Shown here one piece after another: positions 20,176 through 30,193 of a stretch of DNA of 64,000 nucleotides; position 1 is the first letter of the stretch, and each line of letters opens with the position of its first letter. Where the stretch lies: positions 1-64,000 of the IMG/VR virus record IMGVR_UViG_3300029142_000001; one strand, given 5' to 3'. Below the pieces are notes generated by a model. That model was not told the origin of the DNA, did no database searches, and was given only the letters and a program-made list of their open reading frames with translations. The position numbers were made by a program, and so were the translations under genes. This stretch comes from a virus. Lineage: Duplodnaviria > Heunggongvirae > Uroviricota > Caudoviricetes.

Positions 20176-21198
20176 ATGATTAGCTTAACACTTGAAAGAG
20201 ACTTCATAACAAAATCTGGATCTCACTTAGATCAATTTAGGTGGAAAGATCAGCATAAAACTGCTGTTTGCCGTTGTCCATATTGTGGTGATTCTAAAAA
20301 GAGTACCACAAAGGCAAGAGGATATTTTTTCATCAATAATAAATCTGGTGGATATTCATATAAATGTTTCAACTGTGGAGTTGTTAAAGGATTATACAAT
20401 TTTCTGGAAGATCATTTTCCGGATTTATTCATTCAAATGAAATATGAATTTATCAAGGAAAAGAAATTTGAACAGAAGATGAAATCTACATTGCCAATAA
20501 TAAAATCTGTTCCAAAAACGATTTCATATGTTCCGGATCTTATGGATCAATATCCATCTATTATGGATTTATCAGAATCTCATGAAGCTAGGGTGTATAT
20601 GGAAAAAATTCGTATGCTTCCTAAAGAATCTCTTTCTAGGATATATTATTGTGATGATTTTTCTGTCTTAGCTCCAGAAATTGATCCAGCCAAAGATAAT
20701 TTACATTCAGACGCAAGAATTCTCTTCCCTCTCTATACCAGAGATAAGGTATTCTTTGGCGTATCTGCCAGATGTATTGGGTCTCAATCAGATTTGAGAT
20801 ACATCACTATTAAAAATCCAAATATTGATCATGATAAAATCTATGGATTGGAAAGATTTAACAGTAATATCCCCGGATATTGTGTAGAAGGTGCCTTAGA
20901 TTCAGAATTTATTCCTAATTGTATTGCACAAACAGGAATGGGGATGAAGAATAATTTTTCTAACATAACCTTAATAACTGATAACGAACCTCGTAATAAA
21001 GAAGTGTGTAACTACATCAAAAAGAATCTTGAAAAAGGATTTACTGTTTGTATGTGGGGGAATGAATTCACTTTCAAAGATATTAATGAAGCCATTCAGA
21101 ACGGATGGACAACGCAACAAATAGTTAATCATATCGAAAAAAATTCTTACAAAGGTCTTCAAGGAACGCTTAAAATGGCATCTTGGGCCAAGTGTTGA
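20176..21198 (+). CDS. DNA primase (T4 gp61-like, zinc ribbon + TOPRIM)
   Basis: CRCPYCGDSKK...YKCFNCG zinc-binding domain, then CVEGALDSE and ITLITDNEPRNKE TOPRIM-like acidic motifs. Confidence 0.6.
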   Translation: MISLTLERDFITKSGSHLDQFRWKDQHKTAVCRCPYCGDSKKSTTKARGYFFINNKSGGYSYKCFNCGVVKGLYNFLEDHFPDLFIQMKYEFIKEKKFEQKMKSTLPIIKSVPKTISYVPDLMDQYPSIMDLSESHEARVYMEKIRMLPKESLSRIYYCDDFSVLAPEIDPAKDNLHSDARILFPLYTRDKVFFGVSARCIGSQSDLRYITIKNPNIDHDKIYGLERFNSNIPGYCVEGALDSEFIPNCIAQTGMGMKNNFSNITLITDNEPRNKEVCNYIKKNLEKGFTVCMWGNEFTFKDINEAIQNGWTTQQIVNHIEKNSYKGLQGTLKMASWAKC

Positions 21199-21241
21199 AT
21201 CTACATAAGAGTACCAAATAAAATACAGAATATAACAGAGG

Positions 21242-22117
21242 ATGTTTATGATAAAAAATCATGAAGAGATGCAGTATTTACAATTACTAGAAGAATGCAT
21301 TAATCAAAAAGATTTACAAGAAGACAGAACGGGTACTGGGACTTTCGGAGTCATAGGGAGATCAATGAGATTTGATCTCTCTCATAATAGGATGCCTCTG
21401 TTAACAACAAAGAAAGTATATTGGAAGGGTGTTGTAGAAGAACTTCTGTGGTTTATTTCAGGACATACAAACTCTCAAATTCTCGAAGATAAAGGTGTGA
21501 ATATCTGGAAGGGAAATACTTCTAGAGAGTTTTTAGATAATAGAGGTCTTGAATCATATCCAGAAAAAGAAATTGGTCCAGGATATGGATTTCAATGGAG
21601 AAACTGGAATGGTGATTATGATGTATGGTTAAATTGGGGAATTCGAACCGGAATTGATCAGTTTGATACCCTTATTAATGAAATTAAAAACAATCCTTCA
21701 TCAAGAAGGCATGTCTTATGTTCCTGGAATGTATCCGCCATTCCGCATATGGTTCTTCCACCATGCCACTGTCTTGCACAGTTCTTTGTAAGAGGGAATA
21801 AATTATCTTGTTTGTTATATCAAAGATCATGTGATATGTTTTTAGGTGTTCCTTTTAATATTGCGAGTTATGCTCTATTAACACATATGATTGCAAAGGA
21901 AACTGGTCTCGAAGCCGATGAATTCATATGGAATGGTGGAGATATCCATCTATATTCAAATCATATAAATCAAACAAAAGAGCAAATTAGTAGAACCCCG
22001 TATGAATTCCCCACGGTTGAATTACCAAATAAATCAATTTATGATATTACAATCGAAGACATTCAATTAAATGATTATCAGTCCCATCCGTCTATCAAAG
22101 CAGATATGGCGGTTTAA
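21242..22117 (+). CDS. td: thymidylate synthase
   Basis: DRTGTGT, FGxQWRNW, PPCHCLAQF, LSCLLYQRSCDMFLGVPFNIASYALLTHMIA signatures; true start possibly 21248 or 21269. Confidence 0.85.
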   Translation: MFMIKNHEEMQYLQLLEECINQKDLQEDRTGTGTFGVIGRSMRFDLSHNRMPLLTTKKVYWKGVVEELLWFISGHTNSQILEDKGVNIWKGNTSREFLDNRGLESYPEKEIGPGYGFQWRNWNGDYDVWLNWGIRTGIDQFDTLINEIKNNPSSRRHVLCSWNVSAIPHMVLPPCHCLAQFFVRGNKLSCLLYQRSCDMFLGVPFNIASYALLTHMIAKETGLEADEFIWNGGDIHLYSNHINQTKEQISRTPYEFPTVELPNKSIYDITIEDIQLNDYQSHPSIKADMAV

Positions 22118-22137
22118 GTTTTAGGAGTTACGAGTCG

Positions 22138-25100
22138 ATGTCAAATATTTCTTTCCCTATAGAAAATCAAAATAATGATATGGCAGATTACTGCTTCGTT
22201 TCAAAGTACGCCATGTACGATAAATCAAAGAAGAGACGAGAATCTTGGCCAGAAGCAACAAATAGAGTAATGAAGTGTCTTACTAAGAAATATCCTCAAA
22301 TGGAAGATATTATTCAAAATGAGTTACATGCGGCTTTTAATAACAAAGAAATTTTAGGATCTCAACGACTTTTGCAATTTGCTGGAAAGGCTGTTGAAAA
22401 GCATAATCTGAGAGTTTACAACTGTGCTGGATCATATGTTGATCGTCTTGATTTCTTTCATGAATGCATGTATGTTCTTCTCTGTGGTACAGGGGCTGGA
22501 TTTTCTGTTCAGAAGCATCACATTGCAAAACTTCCAGGATTAAAATCTCAAGATCAGATTCAATCTAGAACTTTGAAGACATTTGTAATTCCAGATACTA
22601 TTGAAGGATGGGCTGATGCTGTTGGTGTTTTGGTATCATCATATTTTTCAGAACCAATAGAGAAATTTAGAGAATATGCAGATAGTCATGTTATTTTTGA
22701 TTATACTGAAATCCGTCCAGAAGGTTCTCCGTTTTCTCATGGAATTGGGCGAGCCCCCGGTCCTGCCGGTCTTCAGAAGACTCTTGAAAAAATCAAAGAA
22801 CTTCTTGATCGTCTGGTAAAATCTCAAGTCAAAAACATCCGTCCTATTCACGCTTATGATATGGTGATGCATATTGCAGATGCCGTATTGTCTGGTGGTG
22901 TGAGAAGATCTGCTACGATTTGTATGTTTTCTCATGATGATATGGAAATGATTCAAGCAAAGTCTGGTAACTGGTTTATTGAAAACCCACAAAGAGCGAG
23001 ATCCAATAATTCTGCAATGCTTCTTCGAAATAAAATTACCAGAAAAGAATTTGAAAAGTTTAAGGAATACACCAAGCAATTCGGTGAGCCTGGATTCTTA
23101 TGGGTTGATAGTCTTGAATATATTTTCAATCCCTGCCTTACTGATGATACATGGATTCATACATCTGATGGTCCACGAATGATTTCTGATTTGATGGGAA
23201 CTCAATTTGAAGCTGTTGTAGATGGAAAAATTGAACAGTCAACCGAGAAAGGGTTTTATAATACGGGAACTCAAGAAGTATTTGAGATTCATACTGATCA
23301 TGGTTATACTCTTCGAGGAACCGCAAACCATCTTATTGAAACAGAAGAAAGTGGATGGGTTCCTATTCATCTTCTTAATGAAAATGACTCTATCAAGCTT
23401 CAAGATCAGCGCCAATTTTCCTCTTGGGATGGTCAGGGATCGTATTCTGATGGCTGGTTGCTAGGATCTCTCGTTGGAGATGGAACATTTCATGATGATA
23501 CTGCGTATCTGTGTTATTGGGGGGAAACAAAAGAACATATGAGAAAGTATGCAGTAGATTTACTACATGAATCTGTTTCATGCAGATCTCATTGTGGATC
23601 TGCAAAGTCATTCGTCCCACATGATAAAATAACAATTTCAAGTAGAGGATTGTATGATTTAGCTTCAGAATTTGATATTGATAAGACAAAAGTACTTACC
23701 GATTCTGTAGAGAAAACATCATCTTCTTTCCATAAGGGATTTTTATCTGGATGGTTTGATGCAGATGGATCCGTACAAGGAAACACTAAAAAGGGTGTAA
23801 GTATTCGTCTTACTTCTACTTCTCTTGAAAATCTTCGTAGAGGTCAACGAATGCTTCTTCGTATGGGAGTGGTTTCTAAGATCTATGAGAATAGACGAGA
23901 AGCTGGTTATAGGGAAATGCCTGATGGTCATGGAAATACAAAAAAGTACTATTGTAAAGCTGTTCATGAATTGATTGTTTCTAAAGAAAATATTCTGAGA
24001 TTTTCTAAAACTATTGGATTTTCTGATCCAGAGAAACAAGAAAAGCTTGACTCTCTTATCAATTCATACACAAGAACTTTGAATAGAGAATCATTTACCT
24101 CTAGAGTTACCGGAATTAGATCTGCTGGGATTGAAAAGGTATATGATTGTACAATCGATTCTGATAGACATGCTTTTGATGCAAACGGAATAACATCACA
24201 TAATTGTGTTGAAATTATGTTCTATTGCTATAACGAACAAGGAGAATCTGGATGGCAGTTCTGTAATCTTAGCACAATTAATGGTAGTTTGGTTAAAAAC
24301 AAAACTGATTTTTATCATGCTGCTGAAATGGCATCTCTCATCGGAACACTTCAAGCTGGGTTCCATGATTTTCCATATCTTGGCAGAGTAACAGAAGAAA
24401 TTGTCCGGAAAGAAGCTCTTATTGGTGTTTCTATTACTGGAATGATGACAAATCCTGATATTCTTTTTGATCCTGAAACTCAAAGAAATGCTGCTTCTAA
24501 AGTTCGCAGAATGAATCAACGAATTGCCAAGGCTATCGGCATTAATCAAGCTGCTAGAAATACATGCGTAAAACCAGAAGGATCTACAACAACTATGTTG
24601 GGACTTGCGGCACTTTCAGGATGTCATGCCGGTAAAGGAAAGTATATCCTTCGTAGAATTCAAGCAAATAAATCAGAAAATCCAGTCGGATTTTACAAGA
24701 ATATTAATCCAACTTCTGTAGAGCATTCTGTGTGGTCTAGTGGAGGAACGGACGATGTAATCACATTCTGCTGTGTATCTGATGATGATGTTATTCAAGA
24801 AAAGAATCTCACGGCATTAGAATTTCTCTCTAAAGTTCTTTCTACTCAAATGAATTGGGTAGAATACGGGACAAATGAAGAACTTTGTTCAGAACCTACA
24901 ATGAGACATAATGTTTCAAATACTGTTCGTGTTCGTGATGACGAATGGGATAGTGTTTGGGATTATATCTATGAAAATAGACAACATTTTGCTGGTATAT
25001 CTTTCTTATCAATGACTGGTGATAAGGATTATAATCAGGCTCCATTCTGTGAAGTATTTACGGCAGATCAAATCGTTGAAGAATATGGACAATGTTCTCT

Positions 25101-25560
25101 ATTCTCTTCGGGATTAATTGAATCAGCTTTGAAGTACTTTCCAAACCTGTGGGATGCATCATCGTGTCTTCTCGGATACGGAGAAATCATTGATGCCCAG
25201 GCATTGAGGGCAAAGATTACTTTTGAATGGGACAATCCAGAGCAAAAAAGAGATTGGAAGGAAAGAGGACTTTCTCCACGATCTATCAATGAAGAATTAG
25301 ATGTTTGGCTTGATCAGACAGTAACAAATCTATCTGGAAAGAGATATTGGATTGCAAAATCAAAAGCATTTGCCGGAAAGTACATGGATGGAAATCTTCG
25401 CCAATACACATATATGATCAAGGATGTATTCAATAACAAACTGTGGCATGATATTATTCGTGAGCATAAGCCTGTAGATTACACAAAGATGATTGAAGAA
25501 CATAACATGACAAAGGGTTCAGAAGAACTTGCATGTGCCGGTGGTACATGTGAAATTTAA
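22138..25560 (+). CDS. ribonucleotide reductase catalytic subunit (probably class II, NrdJ-like) containing an intein
   Basis: No ATP-cone and no adjacent small subunit; active-site NPC|VEI split by a 357-aa insertion; extein about 783 aa; CNLSTIN downstream. Confidence 0.75.
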   Translation: MSNISFPIENQNNDMADYCFVSKYAMYDKSKKRRESWPEATNRVMKCLTKKYPQMEDIIQNELHAAFNNKEILGSQRLLQFAGKAVEKHNLRVYNCAGSYVDRLDFFHECMYVLLCGTGAGFSVQKHHIAKLPGLKSQDQIQSRTLKTFVIPDTIEGWADAVGVLVSSYFSEPIEKFREYADSHVIFDYTEIRPEGSPFSHGIGRAPGPAGLQKTLEKIKELLDRLVKSQVKNIRPIHAYDMVMHIADAVLSGGVRRSATICMFSHDDMEMIQAKSGNWFIENPQRARSNNSAMLLRNKITRKEFEKFKEYTKQFGEPGFLWVDSLEYIFNPCLTDDTWIHTSDGPRMISDLMGTQFEAVVDGKIEQSTEKGFYNTGTQEVFEIHTDHGYTLRGTANHLIETEESGWVPIHLLNENDSIKLQDQRQFSSWDGQGSYSDGWLLGSLVGDGTFHDDTAYLCYWGETKEHMRKYAVDLLHESVSCRSHCGSAKSFVPHDKITISSRGLYDLASEFDIDKTKVLTDSVEKTSSSFHKGFLSGWFDADGSVQGNTKKGVSIRLTSTSLENLRRGQRMLLRMGVVSKIYENRREAGYREMPDGHGNTKKYYCKAVHELIVSKENILRFSKTIGFSDPEKQEKLDSLINSYTRTLNRESFTSRVTGIRSAGIEKVYDCTIDSDRHAFDANGITSHNCVEIMFYCYNEQGESGWQFCNLSTINGSLVKNKTDFYHAAEMASLIGTLQAGFHDFPYLGRVTEEIVRKEALIGVSITGMMTNPDILFDPETQRNAASKVRRMNQRIAKAIGINQAARNTCVKPEGSTTTMLGLAALSGCHAGKGKYILRRIQANKSENPVGFYKNINPTSVEHSVWSSGGTDDVITFCCVSDDDVIQEKNLTALEFLSKVLSTQMNWVEYGTNEELCSEPTMRHNVSNTVRVRDDEWDSVWDYIYENRQHFAGISFLSMTGDKDYNQAPFCEVFTADQIVEEYGQCSLFSSGLIESALKYFPNLWDASSCLLGYGEIIDAQALRAKITFEWDNPEQKRDWKERGLSPRSINEELDVWLDQTVTNLSGKRYWIAKSKAFAGKYMDGNLRQYTYMIKDVFNNKLWHDIIREHKPVDYTKMIEEHNMTKGSEELACAGGTCEI
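23134..24204 (+). mobile_element. LAGLIDADG-type intein in the RNR active site
   Basis: Begins with Cys (CLTDDTW), two LAGLIDADG-like motifs (LLGSLVGDGTF, LSGWFDADGSV), ends ...SHN followed by extein Cys. Confidence 0.7.
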
Positions 25561-25571
25561 AGGAGAATAAT

Positions 25572-25847
25572 ATGGATATGTCAAATAAAATTCGCCCGAA
25601 CAAAAATCTTATGGCCGTTATTCGTGATAAGGCAAAAGAAAAAACTGAATCAGGACTTTTTATTCCTGAAACATCAAATAAAAGTGTAAATTCAGGAACT
25701 GTTGTTGCCATAGGAGATGATCTTCCTGATTTTATTACAGTTGGATCGAGGGTTTCATTTGCTGCTGTTGCTCGAACAGAAATAGAACTTGAAGGTCAAA
25801 CTCTACTTATGCTGCATATAGATGATTTATATGCAAAAATACTTTGA
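25572..25847 (+). CDS. groES: GroES-like co-chaperonin
   Basis: IRPNKNLMAVIRDK...EKTESGLFIPE...GTVVAIGDD matches the GroES mobile-loop and core pattern. Confidence 0.6.
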   Translation: MDMSNKIRPNKNLMAVIRDKAKEKTESGLFIPETSNKSVNSGTVVAIGDDLPDFITVGSRVSFAAVARTEIELEGQTLLMLHIDDLYAKIL

Positions 25848-25854
25848 AATTAAC

Positions 25855-25883
25855 TTGACTTTATGATTTATGAATCCTATACT
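25855..25883 (+). promoter_or_regulatory. promoter (TTGACT-17-TATACT)
   Basis: -35 at 25855-25860, -10 at 25878-25883, member of the cTTGACTTT family. Confidence 0.5.
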
Positions 25884-25902
25884 GTAAAGTGTAGGATTTT
25901 TT
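25873..25902 (+). terminator. rho-independent terminator overlapping the promoter -10
   Basis: aatccta...taggatt stem followed by TTTTTT. Confidence 0.5.
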
Positions 25903-25915
25903 ATAGGAAAATTAA

Positions 25916-26137
25916 ATGAAATTTATAGATAAGATTGGTAATTGGATTCGGTTAGCAATAGAAATAATCTTTTTACAGCCCTATAGATTATTTCAACTTA
26001 TTGGATCAAAATGTGAAAATGAAAACAATGTTGAGCTATTTGAATCTATTGGGGTGCTTTTGACTTCTTTGTGGGCAACTTTTTTCATTTTTGCTATAGT
26101 AATGTTTCTTATAGTTTGTATAGCTGTTCTTTTATAA
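25916..26137 (+). CDS. small membrane protein, paralog 1 of a tandem array
   Basis: 73 aa, C-terminal TM helix; TAAAGGAAT-type RBS. Confidence 0.5.
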   Translation: MKFIDKIGNWIRLAIEIIFLQPYRLFQLIGSKCENENNVELFESIGVLLTSLWATFFIFAIVMFLIVCIAVLL

Positions 26138-26149
26138 AGGATTTTAATA

Positions 26150-26341
26150 ATGATTTCACTCATTTTGTGTGTGGCAATGTATTTTCTGGGGGTGATTAGT
26201 TTTCGTAATACTCGTTTATATGAATATATGGAATCTGGAAAGGGCATTGTAAATATTATAACTTTAATTGTATGGCCTTTAATTATCATTCATTGTATTA
26301 TTGATTATATACTTACTTTTGCATATGAAAAATTGCTATGA
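26150..26341 (+). CDS. small membrane protein, paralog 2
   Basis: 63 aa, two hydrophobic segments. Confidence 0.5.
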   Translation: MISLILCVAMYFLGVISFRNTRLYEYMESGKGIVNIITLIVWPLIIIHCIIDYILTFAYEKLL

Positions 26342-26541
26342 CTAAAATTCTAAACTATATTATAGATTGGCCTTCTTATATTGTAGATTGGGCTATTCCT
26401 AAAATTTATAATTCATGGAATAAAGATCTTGTTGATTGTTTTTTGCATATTATGGCACTTATTCAAGTTTTATGGGTGTTAGGTATAATGGTTACATGTA
26501 TATCTTTAATTGTAGGAATTATTTCAGCATTGATTTTATAA
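26338..26541 (+). CDS. small membrane protein, paralog 3
   Basis: 67 aa; WP motif then VLWVLGIMVTCISLIVGIISALIL. Confidence 0.5.
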   Translation: MTKILNYIIDWPSYIVDWAIPKIYNSWNKDLVDCFLHIMALIQVLWVLGIMVTCISLIVGIISALIL

Positions 26542-26551
26542 AGGAATTTCC

Positions 26552-26767
26552 ATGAATATTTTTGATAGAATTGCATTATTTATATCCCGAACAATATCTA
26601 TTATAACACTTCCTATTGTATGGCCTCTGGCTTTAGGAGACTATATTTCAATGAAGTGTACTACACATAGAACAAGTGAAATTTGGACAACTGTATCTAT
26701 AGTGATCCAAATTATATGGGTATTAGCTATATTTTCTTTAATTTTGTTTGCTGGATTTATCTTTTAG
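26552..26767 (+). CDS. small membrane protein, paralog 4
   Basis: 71 aa; VWPLALGDY then IIWVLAIFSLILFAGFIF, similar to paralog 3. Confidence 0.5.
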   Translation: MNIFDRIALFISRTISIITLPIVWPLALGDYISMKCTTHRTSEIWTTVSIVIQIIWVLAIFSLILFAGFIF

Positions 26768-26776
26768 GAATTCATA

Positions 26777-27874
26777 ATGAATATTGAATCTTTAGGATTT
26801 ACAATTGTAGAACTTGAACAAGCCATTGAAGATGGCTTTGTTTCTGTTCGTGATCATCCTACAGAGGATCTTCGTATTTACAATTATACTGCAAAAGCAC
26901 AATATTCTAGAACATGGAATTCTGTAACAAGACAATGTAGAGGTCTTATTTTAGATCATGATTTGAACATCATTGCTTTGCCCTATGCTAAGTTCTTCAA
27001 TATTGAAGAAGAAATGGCAAATCCTGATAGTACTTGGCATACACCGACCAAATATTTCCTACAGGAAAAGCATGATGGTTGGTTGGGAATTCTTTATAGA
27101 GAACCAAAGTCTGGTTTGCTTTCAATTGCATCTCGTGGATCTTTTGATAGTTCTGGTGCTATTATTGCAACAAATATTCTCCGCACTAATCACTCTGATT
27201 TTGTTCCGGTGGAAGGTCTTACATACATGTTTGAAATCATTCATCCAGAAACAAAAATTGTTCTGGATTATGAAGGAAAAGAATCTCTCGTGTTTTTTGG
27301 CGTGAATAGTGTAAATGGACCCAACAATGATGTGAGTATATTTGACCAAATGCGGAAAAATGGTTTTGAAATTTGTGAATTCAAAGAACTTGGATGTGGA
27401 AATCTACGATTTTTGTTTGAAGAATACAAGCATGAAAATACAAAGAACAAAGAAGGATATGTTGTTGTAGATGCCAATGATTTTTCAAATCGGCTCAAGA
27501 TCAAATTTGAAAATTATATTCGTGATCATAGAATCATTACTCAACTAACCCCTCTTCGAGTGTGGGAAGCATTGCGTGATGGAGTCTACGATAATATTGT
27601 ATCCGTGTGTCCAGATGAGCATATGGAATGGTTACAGGAAATGCGAAATGAAATCGTAGAGCAATACAACGAAATTTTCTGGAAATCAAAGGCTGCGTTT
27701 GCAAGTTTGATGCTTCAGGTTTGGGATTTAATGTCCGATCCTTTGACTATTGATCGGAAAGAATTTGCTCAAAAAGCATTAAAATATCCAGAATTTGCAC
27801 CAATTTTGTTCGCTATGCTTGACAAAAAGGATTTTTCTCCTATAATTTGGAAGAAAATTAGACCAAATTCTTAA
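26777..27874 (+). CDS. rnlA: RNA ligase, Rnl1 family (T4 RnlA-like)
   Basis: LRIYNYTAKAQYSRTWNSVTRQCRGLIL and KFFNIEE parallel T4 Rnl1 YRIFSYNYASYSDW...ECRGIMF / KFFNLNE; motif I EKHDGW (KxDG). Confidence 0.65.
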   Translation: MNIESLGFTIVELEQAIEDGFVSVRDHPTEDLRIYNYTAKAQYSRTWNSVTRQCRGLILDHDLNIIALPYAKFFNIEEEMANPDSTWHTPTKYFLQEKHDGWLGILYREPKSGLLSIASRGSFDSSGAIIATNILRTNHSDFVPVEGLTYMFEIIHPETKIVLDYEGKESLVFFGVNSVNGPNNDVSIFDQMRKNGFEICEFKELGCGNLRFLFEEYKHENTKNKEGYVVVDANDFSNRLKIKFENYIRDHRIITQLTPLRVWEALRDGVYDNIVSVCPDEHMEWLQEMRNEIVEQYNEIFWKSKAAFASLMLQVWDLMSDPLTIDRKEFAQKALKYPEFAPILFAMLDKKDFSPIIWKKIRPNS

Positions 27875-27889
27875 TAAAGGAATTTTAAA

Positions 27890-28123
27890 ATGATTGATTA
27901 TGTGAATGCTTATGAAGTTAGGGTTCAATTTTGTTTGAGAATTCCATTGTTTTCCAAAGCTATTGATCGTGATGATACTCGTGATCGATGCTTTAAGCCC
28001 TGGGCATGGAGAGTCACAACCCGTGCATTTTCTCAAAAAAAATATAAAAACAATCGCATTTATATGAGTATGACTGACGCACTTTTGTTTGCTTCATGTG
28101 AAATGACAAACGAGTATACCTAA
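27890..28123 (+). CDS. hypothetical protein
   Basis: 77-aa ORF. Confidence 0.4.
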   Translation: MIDYVNAYEVRVQFCLRIPLFSKAIDRDDTRDRCFKPWAWRVTTRAFSQKKYKNNRIYMSMTDALLFASCEMTNEYT

Positions 28124-28150
28124 AACGATTTATATTAAAGGAATATTTTA

Positions 28151-29533
28151 ATGAACATGAATAATTTTATTTTGCGAACTGATGCATATAAGCTGACTCA
28201 CTGGCTCCAATATCCCCCAGGAACTCGGCATGTATATTCATACATGGAGTCTCGTGGTGGTGACGGTGACAGTACTTTGTTTTTCGGGTTGCAGTACTAT
28301 CTTCGTGAATATCTTGAAGGAACTGTTGTATCTCTAGAAGATGTTGATGAGGCACGAGAATTTGCACAATCTGTTTTCGGAACGGATAATTATTTTAACT
28401 ATGCTGGATGGTTGCGTATTGTGAATATGCATGGAGGTCGATTGCCTGTTCGTATTCGGGCTGTTGAAGAAGGGACTTGGATTGGTAAGCAAAATGTGAT
28501 GCTTACAATCGAAAATACAGATCCTGAACTTCCTTGGATTACTAATGTCATTGAAACTCTTTTGATGAAGCTTTGGTATCCAATTTCTGTTGCTTCTTAT
28601 TCTGGAAGCATCTATGATCTTCTTCGTGCAAAGGCAGCACTTACAGGTGGAGAAGTTTCTCCATTCCATTTGAATGATTTTGGATATCGTGGGGTTTCAT
28701 CCGAAGAATCTGCTGGTATCGGTGGGATGGCCCACCTTGTAAACTTCATGGGAACTGATACCCTTCGAGGAATCTTGTTTGCTCAGAAGTATTACGATGC
28801 AGAATATGGAACTGGTATGAGTGTTTTTGCTACGGAGCATTCCACAACCACAACTCACCTTGAATCGGGAGAAGAAGCAGCTATCGGTCAATATCTTGAT
28901 AACGCTGTAGGTATTGCTTCGATTGTTATGGATTCGTATGATACTTACCGATTTGTTGATGAATATATTGGAAAGGTATATCGAGATCGAATTGTTCATG
29001 GAAATGTCCGTGTTGTTCTTAGGCCAGATTCTGGAAATCCCATCGATCAAGTGATGTATATTCTGAATTCTTTGGAAAAGACTTTCCCGATTGAAAGAAA
29101 TGAAGAAGGATACAAACTACTTCATCCAAACATTGGAATCATCTATGGAGATTTCATGTCTTTTGAGACAATCGGAGAAGTTTGTAATGCCATGAAGGAT
29201 GCTGGATGGGCTATCGATGGTCGAAATGTGGTGTTTGGAATGGGTGGAAACCTTCTTCAGAACACTAATCGAGATACCCATCAATTCGCTCTGAAGTGTT
29301 CCTCATCGATGAACGGGGATGGGGAGTGGTTCGATGTCTACAAGGATCCAAAGACCATGCAATCTAAGAGATCCAAGAGAGGGCGTTTGGGACTGATTCG
29401 AGATGATAACGGAGATTTTCAAACTGTTCCAGAGGCTGATGGGGACGAATCTCTACTTTCCGTTGCTTTTGAAAACGGACGAATTGTTCGTCGCACAACA
29501 TTCAGTGCTGTTCAAAAGACTGCACAAATGTAA
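28151..29533 (+). CDS. nadV: nicotinamide phosphoribosyltransferase (NAMPT)
   Basis: N-terminal NFILRTDAYKLTHWLQYPPGT and overall 460-aa architecture typical of NAMPT/NadV. Confidence 0.8.
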   Translation: MNMNNFILRTDAYKLTHWLQYPPGTRHVYSYMESRGGDGDSTLFFGLQYYLREYLEGTVVSLEDVDEAREFAQSVFGTDNYFNYAGWLRIVNMHGGRLPVRIRAVEEGTWIGKQNVMLTIENTDPELPWITNVIETLLMKLWYPISVASYSGSIYDLLRAKAALTGGEVSPFHLNDFGYRGVSSEESAGIGGMAHLVNFMGTDTLRGILFAQKYYDAEYGTGMSVFATEHSTTTTHLESGEEAAIGQYLDNAVGIASIVMDSYDTYRFVDEYIGKVYRDRIVHGNVRVVLRPDSGNPIDQVMYILNSLEKTFPIERNEEGYKLLHPNIGIIYGDFMSFETIGEVCNAMKDAGWAIDGRNVVFGMGGNLLQNTNRDTHQFALKCSSSMNGDGEWFDVYKDPKTMQSKRSKRGRLGLIRDDNGDFQTVPEADGDESLLSVAFENGRIVRRTTFSAVQKTAQM

Positions 29534-29585
29534 CCATACACTGCCCCGTTTATGAAAATGAACGGGGCAATTTTAGGAGAATACA

Positions 29586-29822
29586 ATGAAATCCGTACCT
29601 AATTGTGATCGTCTTGATTGTAGATTTGTTAGTCTTGGAATGTCTGCAACGGCTGTTCATTCTCCTATCGTGTATGATAAGTATGGAAATCCCGTCGCTG
29701 GTGGATCAAATAGAATTACTGAAACAGTAGAATGTATTACATGTGGAAAGAGATTTACAAACTCACAAACGGAACTTGAGATTGCTCAAGAGGAAATTCC
29801 AAATTGGAAGGAATACGAATGA
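29586..29822 (+). CDS. hypothetical Cys-containing protein
   Basis: 78-aa ORF with GGAG RBS. Confidence 0.4.
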   Translation: MKSVPNCDRLDCRFVSLGMSATAVHSPIVYDKYGNPVAGGSNRITETVECITCGKRFTNSQTELEIAQEEIPNWKEYE

Positions 29823-30193
29823 GAGCCACTAGAAAAGAAATTTTAAAAATTGTATTAGATAATATTCGAAATAATTTTGATAATTGTAAACTTAGACATA
29901 CTGCCCTAGATTATTATTCACATTATTCATATATAATTGAATATTCAAAAGTTTGTACTGAAAAATCAAATGTGATTGTGATTGATTGTGACAGACGAAG
30001 AAAACCAATTTATGTTTATTTTGGAATATGTTGTAAAAATGGATTTATTTCTGAAAACGATGTTATTAAATATGAATTTTCTCGAAGAAATTTAAGAAAA
30101 ATTAAAAGAGCATTGAGAAAGAGTCTGAAAGCTCAAGCAAAAAAAGAAAGTGAAGAAAAAGACAAGAAGATTCTTGACTTTTTAGAGAAATAG
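29804..30193 (+). CDS. hypothetical basic protein
   Basis: 129-aa ORF, lysine/arginine-rich C-terminus. Confidence 0.4.
   Translation: MEGIRMRATRKEILKIVLDNIRNNFDNCKLRHTALDYYSHYSYIIEYSKVCTEKSNVIVIDCDRRRKPIYVYFGICCKNGFISENDVIKYEFSRRNLRKIKRALRKSLKAQAKKESEEKDKKILDFLEK

Noticed and set aside
22337-24549. Several minus-strand ORFs inside the RNR/intein gene
   Set aside because: Antisense to a gene with strong RNR and intein motifs; no signals.
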